The notes under the pieces are model-generated. The model was given only the letters and a program-made list of their open reading frames with translations. It ran no database searches and was not told the DNA's origin. A program made the translations under genes and the position numbers. 46,654 nucleotides of DNA from Chromera velia (Eukaryota). The DNA lies in contig JAHBMJ010000470.1 of the NCBI GenBank assembly GCA_018398765.1, positions 1-46,654 on the forward strand, read 5' to 3'. Below are positions 12,804 to 23,180 of the stretch, one piece after another. Numbering within the stretch: position 1 is the first letter of the stretch; the number at the start of each line of letters is the position of its first letter.

Positions 12804-14185
12804 TTATCTATGAATGGTGAGGGTCACTGAGGGACTCCCGTGCAACCCTACAGGCATGAATGAACCCCCAGAGTTCTGAAGGCGAGAGCCAGAGCAGCTC
12901 AGACAAAGCCAGCTCAAAATCTTCAAGTCCCACATGCCCCACAGACGCAACGAAATTGTCAGACGCAAGTCCATATGCACACTCCTCCATCCACGTGAAA
13001 GGCAGAGCGTGGTGCTTTGAAATCGCGCATTCGCCTCTCTGACGCATTTCAGACTGCCCCCTTCATCTTCACTCTCTCGCAAAGGCCGCAGGGCGTCTCT
13101 GAGATCGATGAACGAATATACTGCCGTGATCGAATCCTCGGGACTCAAGTGAGAGCAAATTGACGATCGACACGATTCAGCTGCTCTGCAGCGGCTGAAG
13201 CCCGCAAGCACTTCATGTCTGTTGCACCCACCCCTACCGCGTCCTCCCTCTGGCGAAAGCAGAGACTCTTGAACGCATGCTGTCATAGATGCCGTACTGC
13301 AGGTGAAGCGGGAAAACGTGCTCGCGCTAGACCAGACCCCCGAAGTCGTTTCTAGAAAAGTGGCTACGTCTGAAGGGGCGGATTTCATGAGCTCGAGAAT
13401 TCGTTTGCGAAGCTCAGACACAAGATCGGCCACATTGGTTACGTATCGCCTGACCACTTTTATTTCCCGATCTTCCTTCTCCCCGCCCCCGAAACAACCC
13501 CCGAGGAAAAGAGGGAGTTGATGTTCGACAAAGTCTTGCCGTTTGAAAACCCAGTAAAAGGGAAAACGGCGGGAAAGGTGCATGAGAGTCGGATCGCTGG
13601 CATCCAAGAAGAGTCCAGAGGCGCTGAGGCGACGGCTGACCTCCAGGCAGAACTTATCTGCAGCTCGCTGCGCCCTCCAGTTGGACACCCGAGAGAGTCT
13701 CCTGTTGCGGAGGTTTGATGACTTGGGCGGTTTCCGGAAGGGAAGGCACGCACCGCCACCTTCCCTGAAGACAATCAAATTCCCCGTTCCGCCTGTGTCC
13801 AAAGACACACTGAAACGTGAGCGGAATGCAATACCAGGGATCTCCAAGATGGAAGACAGAATGACTATAGAGACTCGGCTCAGGGTCTGGAAGAAATTGC
13901 AAACGTTACGGCAGGACAGGGACTCAGGACTCGGGGACGTGTGTGAAGGCAGAAGAGAATCTGCAAGCACGACGTGTGCGCCGTTCCCTGTGGTTTTCTT
14001 CTTCGGCTTTGAAATGCGCCCGCTCTCTGCTTGCAGGAGCAAAGCCCTCAAAAGTGCACACACACAAACTCCCACAACGACAACATTCAGAGTCAAAAGC
14101 ATCCCCCCTAAGCCGTTCGCCTCTTCAGGCGTTGCCGCTTGAAGAAGCAAGAGCCCCAGCTGCACACACGCAAACACACACACAA

Positions 14186-14220
<35 letters not shown>

Positions 14221-14258
14221 GAGAGAGAGAGAGGGGGGGAGAGAGGGAGAGAGGGAGA

Positions 14259-14305
<47 letters not shown>

Positions 14306-17300
14306 TGTATGTCTTTCTTACCTGCTTTACCTCCAGCACATCAAGAGACAAAAAAGAAAAATGAAATGAAGAAAAAGAAAGCAACGGACCACGAGCAGAC
14401 AGACAGACAGACAGACAGAGCATATTACTATTTTCCCTCTCTTCTTTTCGCTTACAGAAGAGACAGAGCAAAACAGAAAGACAGACAGGCACAATAGAAA
14501 AGCGAGATAAAGACAGACACAGAGAACGAAAAAAAAAGAAAGCAAGAAGAAAAGAAACTAACGAAAAAGCAGACAGACATACAGACAGACAGAAAGAAAA
14601 TGAAAAGAAAGAAAGAAAGAGAAGGAGAGGGACAGATACGCCCCCCCTCCCCCCCCCCCCNCCCCCCCCCCCCCCCCCCCCACACACAGAGGCAAGCGTA
14701 ATTCGGGACAAATCTGAGGAACGTCCGCCGAACTGATTCGTAAGAAGACCTCGCGCTTGCAGATAAGAAAAAGGCACTCACCCAAAGTGAGACGACCCAC
14801 GCTGCCAGAGTGAGAGTCTCAACCTTGTTCAACAGGTTTCCCTGCTCGCGAGTGTAGGGCATGAAGCCGACTTGGGCAGCAAGGGATACAACGGCAAGGA
14901 CCATCCACAACCCGAGACGCCTTGCGGGGTCATGCACAGGGATCACGCTCACGAGGAGGGCGGAGAGCTTTCGCACGAAAATTGTCAACTCCCAAAGGAA
15001 GAATTGGGGGCGGTAGCCCTGCAAAAATTGTTTGGGCATGCATTCGCTTTTCTGACAAATATGAAGTGAACAAACACAGCGAGAAATGGGGCAAAAGGAA
15101 GATCATTCAACACGAAAGAGGGGAGAAAATGAGATGAGAGGAGAAGCTCAGATGGATCCTCTTTCAGAATAGTATGTAAACTGTAGCCCAAGCCGAGCAG
15201 TGAACACCGATAGAGACGTACACACGAAAGTTCCCAAACGGCTGACATAAAAAAAGAACCCGATCTGCTGCCGCAGCTCCAGACGATGCAGGCTTGTCCG
15301 ATCGTGCCAAAAAGTGCGCAAAATGATGGCCCAAGGGATCAGAAGGAAGACGAGGAGACCGATCAGGCCCGAAGTCAGCCAGATGATGTGATCGAAGGTA
15401 AAACAGCGCAGTTCCGGGTCGTGAACCCATCGCCAAGTCTTTGTGAGCTCCCCCTGAGAACCGGACCCCGGTTCTCCGACTGGGGACGTCTCACACTGCA
15501 CCAGGGCGAAGACATGCGCTGCGACGCCGAGATACGTCATGTTCTGCAAACAAGAAGGGAGATTAGGGCCTCATGGGGCGTTTTTAGACACAGCAGGGCG
15601 AAAACTTGCTATTGCGGAAGGAGGCGAAAACAAAGAAGGCAGGTAGATCCTCAAATTTTCATGAAGAGAAAATTCGTGACAGCCAAACCCCGCAGTAAAT
15701 CAACCGGGACCGCTGTTTGGAGTGAATGGGGACGCTTCGACTCACCAAAAGCACGAGGAGCAGCCTCTGCGAATCAGCGAAAAAGAGTCTCACTCGCTTC
15801 CAGAGTACAGGTTGAATGAAAGGGGGAACCTTGCGCCAGATGCCGAGAACGTACGGACAGGAAAAGAGGTACAGCGGGCGGAATCTCTCAATCATTTGAG
15901 AAAAGGCCTTCGTCTTCGCGAGGCCCCAGTCTGACGATGGCATCTCAGAACACCACGTAGCGCCCCTATCTGCAGCAGTCGCTGAACTCCCGACGTTTTC
16001 GCATGTGGTCTCTCTGTCCCCTTGGTTCAAACCGATCCCGCCATCGCAACCTACCGTTACGTCCGGACAGTGATTGAATGGTCGAGAAGCTGTATGCACA
16101 AGCCCACCTCTGTCTGCCATACAAGCTGTTTCCCCCTCCCCAGAGTTCCCAACTACATCCGAGGCGTCGGACTTCCACGAAAATGAAAATGATGAGGAGA
16201 TCTGACCAAAAAGCCGTGCCACCATGGGTGACATGGGGCCTGCCAAAGAGGAGGCATCCTCATTGCCACTTGCGCTGTTCGACATACCATTCAGCTCCTC
16301 ACAAAAGGCCATCCCGCCCGCTTGTTTGGGCTGCGTTTCACTGAAGAAATCTTCTCCTCCCTTCCATCCCGTCGGCGGCACCATCTCTGTTGCTGGGTCT
16401 GACTCCCCCCCCACTTGAAATGACGTGTCTCCGGGCGCTGCCAAAAAAGTACCTTGCGTATGTACGTCCCCGCGTCTTTCCTCACCCAGGTTGCTTTTCC
16501 TACGCTTCCATAGACTAAAGCGAGGAAGAAACACACAACACGCTCCAAGACCCAGAAAAAAGCACAGAAGGCAAGCAGGCAACAAAAACCAAATAACTCT
16601 GACCAACAAGATTCGCTTCGGTGCTGACACTGCGAAATGTTTCGAGAGAATGCAGTCAACAGAGGAATGAAACCCCACCACTTGTCCATCCCAGAGGTTT
16701 GCAAAGGATTCCAAGCTCTCTTGCAAACTCAGACTGCGGTTTCCTCGAAGTGAAGAGTAAGACACCCATAATTCAGAAGCAAACAATTTGATCACCCACA
16801 AATGGTTCAAGAACAGCTTTACCATCACAGAGAAGACCGGACTTCTGGCCCCGTTTGCCAGTGCTGCCTGTCCAAAGAGCAACAAAGCATTCACAAACCC
16901 CACCCCAACGATCTGAAGTGATGCCCACCACACCTCGCCACACTGTCGACACTCCTCTTGGGGACGGTTACGCGACCAGTGCCCACAGTCAATGCACCAT
17001 TCTTCCTGATTTCCTACCCGTTCATTCGCTCCTGTACAGCATTCTCGCGAGCTCTTTTCCCCTTTCTTCTTTCGCCATTCTTCTTTCCACCCCACCCCGT
17101 CTGCTTCAGAAAAACAACGTCCGCATGCAATTCCACTCATGCCTGGCCGACACTGCCGCACTTCCATTTCTCCCAAAAACTCCGCTTCGTCAGATTCTCT
17201 CACTGACTTCAATTTCCGTTTTCTTTTTTTTGCACGAGAGGCTGCCGCCATCTCATCTTCATACCAGGACGTATACGCAGTACGTTGTTGTCCCAGACAG

Positions 17301-20300
17301 GCACTTGCAACCGTACAGCGGACAACCACAGTTCGCCCCCCCCTGTCTGTAGCCCAAAACCCCGACTTTGCCCACCCTTTCCCCCACACGCGTCCTGGGC
17401 ACTCGAGGGCTTCAGTGTTTTCACACCGCTCACACACTTCACCCCCCCACCCGTCCACATACGGCGGTTTCGGGTAGTGGAAGCCGGGGCGGCAAGGAGG
17501 ACTGCACGTATGAAGCCGACCCACTGATACCTTCTCAAATCCCGGAAGACAGGCACAGACCTCTACTGCAAGTAAGGACACAAAACAGAAAGAAAAAAAA
17601 AACAGAAAGGGAGGACAAATGGAAAGAAGTCTGAGGAACGGAGTACCCAAACGAAAACATTCCAGCAAGGAAGGGCAGGCCATCTTCATACACTGCCTTG
17701 CAAACTTCACAAAGCAAACTGACAGAACAGAAAACGAATCAGGCGATTTGACACGCACCTGAATCTGCGAACACATCAGAGTATCCTTCTGAAGACTCAA
17801 AATGACTGTTCTCCGGACACGAGGTGCATGCTCCAGCGTTTTGCCCGGCCACTGAAAAGTGATTCGGCGGGCACACCTGGCAGTGGGTTCCTGACCCAAA
17901 GAATCCCGAGCGACATCGACACATTGCCTCGGGGAGAAAGTGGGGGTCTATGGCTTTTCCAACATCACAGGGACTGGTACACTCGAATTCTCCGTCTTGG
18001 AGGGAGACGGATCGGATGACTCCAACTGATGAAGTCAGGTTGAACCAGGCAGATGGTTTGAATGTAAGGGAGTTCAAAGGCAGCGGGATGGCAGAAAGAG
18101 GAGCAGCTTCAACTGCAGAGAGACAATCAACTACAGCCCCGATGAGTTTACGGCCGGACTCAGGATCGCTGCGCAGGTAGGGGTTTTTGTCTATCGCGAC
18201 CACTTGGGGCTTCAGCGAGTTCTCGTCAATTTCCGTTATCGCGTTCCCGCTCAACTCAAGAACCCTGATGCGCGCGAAATCGAACGGCAACAACGCCGCC
18301 GACATCGAATGGGTGACGAATCGCAAGGGCGCAAGCGCGCCGCGGAGCCCAGTTTCTGCAAGCAATCAAAAGAGGATCAAGCATAAAGTAACACTGAGAA
18401 TAGATCAGTCTTCTTAAGAAAGCCGCTTGGAATTTCTGCCCTGTCCGGTGAAACAACAGTATAACCCCCCCTGCCGAGTTGGGCCCAACCTCAGTCCTAA
18501 CGTACCTGCCATGCGTAGCTGGGAAACACTCGGAAACTTCATCAGCACTGAAGACAAGAGAGCGGCCGCCCCTCGCCCTGTGCTCCGTGTCCATGGGTTC
18601 ATGGAGAGGTCAACAACGAAGACACTGGGCCATGGGAAGATTGTTCTTTCAGAAGGGTTGAGGAGAAACAGTGGCGCCTCGATGCTGTTGTTACGCAGCG
18701 AGAGCACTCGTAATCGATTCCAGGAAGAATCGTCAGTATTCCACCCCGCCGGGATGCAAGAGAGGCGGTTTGATGCGGCGCGGAACTCTTCGATCGACGC
18801 AGAAATCTGGTTGAGACAACCTGCAAAGACACATGCCACCAATAGATCACTCCAGAAAGGATGCAGTCAGTGACAGTCAATGAGCCTTTTCAAGAAATGG
18901 GCTTACTCGACAGGGACTCGTTCCACTCTCACTGATCGAATCAACCGGACACACGCAGACAGTAAGGAAGGAAGAGGTGTGATGTGCAGCCGCTGCACTT
19001 GCTTGCCTGTGAGTTGATTGTGCGAAACATCCACGACCGTCGCATTGTTGAAGTCAGCGATCTCCAACTCCCCAGTCAGTCCGTTGTCCGATACGTTCAA
19101 GCGGACCACCTGCTGAGGCCAACGGGCTCCTGTAAGCTTCCCCTGCAGCTGATTGGAGTTCAAGGAGAGGTCGACCAGTGAATCAGGAAAGGAACAGTGG
19201 TCAATCCGTCCAATCAACTGATTGTCTCCAAGGCTGAGACGCTTCATCATGCGGGGCCACAAGACGGAGCAAGCGTCCCCTCGAATTCTATTGTGAGCGA
19301 CGTCAAGACTCTCCAAAGTCGAGGGCCACTGAACCTGCGCAAGGTCTCCCTCGAGAGCATTCCGCTCGAGAGAGAGCCTCGTCAGGCCTGCGGGAAGATG
19401 GATGTCTTCCAATCTACCTGACAGCCGATTGCCCGCCAGGTTGGCGGTGCGAAGAGCAGTTCCGAACACGAAACGGTGGAGTGCTCCATCCAATCGATTA
19501 TTCGAAATAGAAAGACTGGACAGACTTGGAGGAGGAGACCCAACAGGGCCGGTGAGGAAGTTGAAGTCAAGCCCCAGGCTCTGCAAGGCAGGGGGCCACA
19601 CGACCTTCTCAATGCTTCCTGCCAGGCGGTTCCCACTCAGATGAAGCCATCGAAGAGACGCAGGCCACAAAAGCCCCTCAAGGGATCCCTGTAACCTGTT
19701 GTCATTGAGCACCAGACGCTCGAGACGCTCTGGCCATTTGCACTCGCTCAGTTGTCCTCTGAGGTCGTTCTCAGAGAGACCAATATGCTTCAACGAAGCA
19801 GGCCAGGTCACCTCACAGAGATCTCCACTCAAATGGTTTCGCATCAGGTCAAATTTCTCCAGGTGAGAAAGAACTTCAATGTCTCCAAGCTCCCCCCCCA
19901 CAGAATTTGCCCTCAAGCTCAACGAACGCAGAGCAGCAGGCCAGCGGGCCCTCGCGAAGCTACCTGAAAACACATTGTAGCCCAGGTCAAGCTCCTCAAG
20001 AGTAGAGGGCCACAGAATGTCCTCCACCCTTCCCCCGATGGCGTTTCGCTGCGCATCCAGGTGTATCAGGCCATCCGGCCAGTTCAGATATGCAATATCT
20101 CCTGACAACTCGTTCACCCCCATCATCAACGCCTCCAGACGGGGAGGCCACCTTACATCTGCAACATCCCCTCTAACTCTGTTGCCGTTGATCGAGAAGA
20201 CTTTAAGCCCGGCTGGCAGCTCGAGATTCCTCAGGATCCCGGACAGGAAGTTGTCATCTAAGTATAATTCCACCAGGCTCTCCGGGAGACGGAGTCCGGA

Positions 20301-20707
20301 GATGTCTCCCTCAAGCCGATTGCCGGCAACGTCGAGAATTTGGAGTGATGGAGGAAAGACCAGACGACTGACGTTTCCAGACAGTTGGTTTGCCCGCAGT
20401 GAGAGCACGTCTAGGGTTTCTGGCCATTGAAATCCTTCCAAGGATCCATACTGCACACACAGATGAATGGAGACAGGCTTTCGGTTCCTTCGAGAAAATA
20501 GCTCTTTTACACAAAATCACTTTGCCTTACCAGTTGGGCTTCATCCCATATCACCACTCGCTCGGACTTCCAGTCGGCTGTCAGGTTCACCTTCGCCCAA
20601 ATATGAAGAGGGCTCTCGGCGCTCCCCCCACTCCAAGCGCTGGAAGCTATGAGACAAAGGACAACCCAAAACCTCAACATCGAAAACACACTATGCATGA
20701 ACTCCAC
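12804..20707 (-). CDS. LRR + cysteine-rich repeat + ~9-TM receptor-like protein (CRMP-like membrane region). Exons 20707-20531, 20450-19007, 18820-18506, 18355-17759, 17565-15746, 15543-15247, 15018-14782, 14159-12804
   Basis: Hydrophobic signal peptide; ~21 regular 23-aa LRRs (WPxxLxxLxLxxNxLxG) in exon 2 plus ~6 degenerate ones; CxxCPxNxFS/CxxCP Cys repeats; multiple hydrophobic helices with GFFFYGYRPQFFLWE..RK and PY..LNKVE motifs; phase-consistent splicing. Confidence 0.85.
14163..14302. repeat. Compound (CA)n/(GA)n microsatellite in the last LRR-gene intron
   Basis: Direct reading of the sequence. Confidence 0.95.
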
Positions 20708-21240
20708 GAGTTCGAATCAATTGCGAAGTGCAAGCCCAGTCGACCCCATTAGGTGTCAGCACAGCGCCGTGTCTTATGTGTGGTACATGGCCCGGAAAGT
20801 CATGGCGTCTCCTACTATTTTGGAACTAGCTGCGCCATACACTGCCAGAGAGATCGAGTCTTCTGTACAATTCTGCAAAGAGGTTGGGAGGCACATAAGT
20901 CTGAGACACAGGGTTTAATTTTTGTTGCTAGGCTCGCGTGGCAAAATTTGGAGGAGCATGCATTGATTTTTGTTGCCGAACGCGTCGCTCGCGGAGCGCT
21001 CCGCTCCGCGCGAAGCGGAGCAGAGACGTCGAGACGCCATTCTTGCACTGCATTCTCTGTTTTCGCGTCTCCGTCGGTTTTTCGTGTGTTGATTGAAAGG
21101 TTGTCAGGCGCTACCTGATAGTTGTGCACCTCTAGTTGCCTGTTGCACTTTCTTCTCCCCTCTGAGCGTTTCCCTCGGCGTTTACAGCGGAAGCTTGCCG
21201 CCGCCTTTGGCTGAAGAACACATTCACATTGTTATTCAGG
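20708..21240. promoter_or_regulatory. Putative bidirectional promoter/5' UTR region between divergent LRR receptor and peptide genes
   Basis: 533 bp between two divergent ATGs. It contains a GC-rich perfect palindrome GCGGAGCGCTCCGC (20991-21004), an overlapping hairpin (21003-21021) and a GCATGCA motif. Confidence 0.45.
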
Positions 21241-21510
21241 ATGGCGTCTCTGGTGTATTTGACTCTTTTTGTGCTCATGCTGCTCCTTGGCAGTGCGGAC
21301 TGTCAAAGTGTCTTCGAGCCAGCAGCGCCCGTATCTCAAAATGTCACGGAGGTGGATCAAGAGGCGATGGACGACCAAGAGTCGAATCCGCGAAGCCTCT
21401 TCGGTTTTTCTTGGAGGAGGAGGAGGAGGAGGAGGAGGTGCTGGTCCACATCTCCAGGTTGCAAGGAATGTATTGAAGCTGATGGGACTCGTACAGCCGT
21501 TTGCGGCTGA
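21241..21510 (+). CDS. Small secreted prepropeptide (89 aa): signal peptide, acidic pro-region, Arg8/4-Cys mature part
   Basis: Translation: [89 protein letters not shown]. It has a classic hydrophobic signal sequence. No homolog recognised. Confidence 0.65.
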   Translation: MASLVYLTLFVLMLLLGSADCQSVFEPAAPVSQNVTEVDQEAMDDQESNPRSLFGFSWRRRRRRRRCWSTSPGCKECIEADGTRTAVCG

Positions 21511-22379
21511 TGATTCCGCCGTGTTTGGCGTTGTCATAAGCATCTCCGCGTTCGGCCGTAAGCAATTCAGGCTTCGTTCTCTCCTGTGTGTCGCTCCTCT
21601 TCGTTTGCGAAAGATTGCGAAACTTTCAGGTTGAAGAGGAACGGCTTCACTTTTTCACCAGCCTTTTTAGCCCATCAACGTGCTAATTGCGTTCCTGAAG
21701 ATTTCCAACAACGTTTCATTCGAACAAGGATTCAACAAAAGAAGGCGACAGGAACGTTGAGACAGAGCGCGGGAAGGGGGGAGTGAATAGGGAGTCACAA
21801 AGGGGGGATTGGAATGGAGTGATAATAGTCAGATAACTTGGAGTCGTGTGGTTCCGTGGGCTACTTGCTGTTTCTTTCTCTGCCTGCCTGTCTGTCTGGC
21901 TGCCTGCCTGTTCGGTGTGCCCCTTTATGTCCTCTATTCTTCTTCACTCCTCTCCGAGCCTCCTGACGTCTAAAAATCCTCCCACGTCTGGCAACATTTT
22001 AGATGAATAAAAAATTTGGAAAGGCGAATTCATGTGCATGCGGGTCTGCGCAAAAAGCTTTAGAAAGCAAGAACTAGAAATCACGTCTTGTAATAAAGGG
22101 GAGACCCAAAGAAGATGGAAGCATGGAGGAAATCAGGGAAACATCGCTTGGAATTTTACTCGCCCAGCTTTTGCGTGCACCACACTGAACTCATTCAACT
22201 CAGAAGTTGGTGTCCGAGTTCGTCTTTGGAATACACGACTTTTCTGTCTGGCTGACAGCAGCTAAGGTTTAGAGCACGGTTTGAACAAGCAGGATGTACA
22301 GTACTACAGTCGTTTGGTTGTTCACGTGCTGTTCAGTCTGGTGGAGATCGAGACGTAGACACCCTTTAGAGCTACGAGT

Positions 22380-23130
22380 CCGAGCTACGTAGTAGTAATG
22401 ATCACTCTGAAGTTAAGTCTAACTAGGAGTCTAAGCAATGTGTAGCGCCATTGTAGCTACTAGCAGTTATTACTAGAGTTATTAGTAGATTGATAGTAGT
22501 AACTTCAATTAAGTATATATATATAAATAGACTTCTAAAATAGTTGTATACATATTTCCTAATATATTTCGCCATCACTCACATGTATAGGGCCATTGTA
22601 GGCTCTAGACATTCATCGATTGAAAAAAAAAAGAGCAACACAAGGAGATTTACATTTCTGTGTTTGTATATTTTTAAGTTTAACAAATCTTAACAACGCT
22701 TAAGACTAGACTTATAACTTATAAGAACAGTTGTGCAACACATAAATAAGAGTATAAGCAACCAGCTGTACTTACGTTTAACAATACTTGCATCTAGACT
22801 TATATCGGTAAATATCTGTAATACTTAAAGAACAATTATATGACCTAGTGTTTCACATTCTGTTTGATATATAGGATTAAGGGAATTTCTTAGGGAAAAA
22901 AGAAAGTAAAGCGTTTTACGGAATTCTTTGTTTTCTTTCTTTGGCTAACGCCTACATCGGTAGCCATCCATTATGATACATGATTCATTACATCATATTT
23001 AAAGTATAATATATAAGCCATTGAATATATAGACAAGCTTTTTTGAGGTTGCTAAGCATACAGTCTGGCAAGCGAGTTTTTATAAGTTAAAAGAATTGTT
23101 AAAGATTTTAAAACACGGAATAAAGAACAA
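22380..23130. other. AT-rich, TpA-rich intergenic island between convergent peptide and Sushi genes
   Basis: Dense TAG/TAA/CTA words; no ORFs in the track. Confidence 0.8.
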
Positions 23131-23180
23131 ACACTCATTTTACTTTCATTTTTATTATCAGTCTTATCAGTCTTCTCTCG

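Noticed and set aside
14160..14777. N-terminal part of the 657-aa ORF (LSLSLS/CVCVCV)
   Set aside because: Translation of intronic microsatellites; the true exon begins at 14159. The same applies to other THTH/ERER/SQSV ORFs.
19007..20450. CRISPR-like or DNA tandem array suggested by the 69-bp periodicity
   Set aside because: The periodicity is at protein level (LRR) with diverged codons; there are no identical repeats with spacers and no cas genes.
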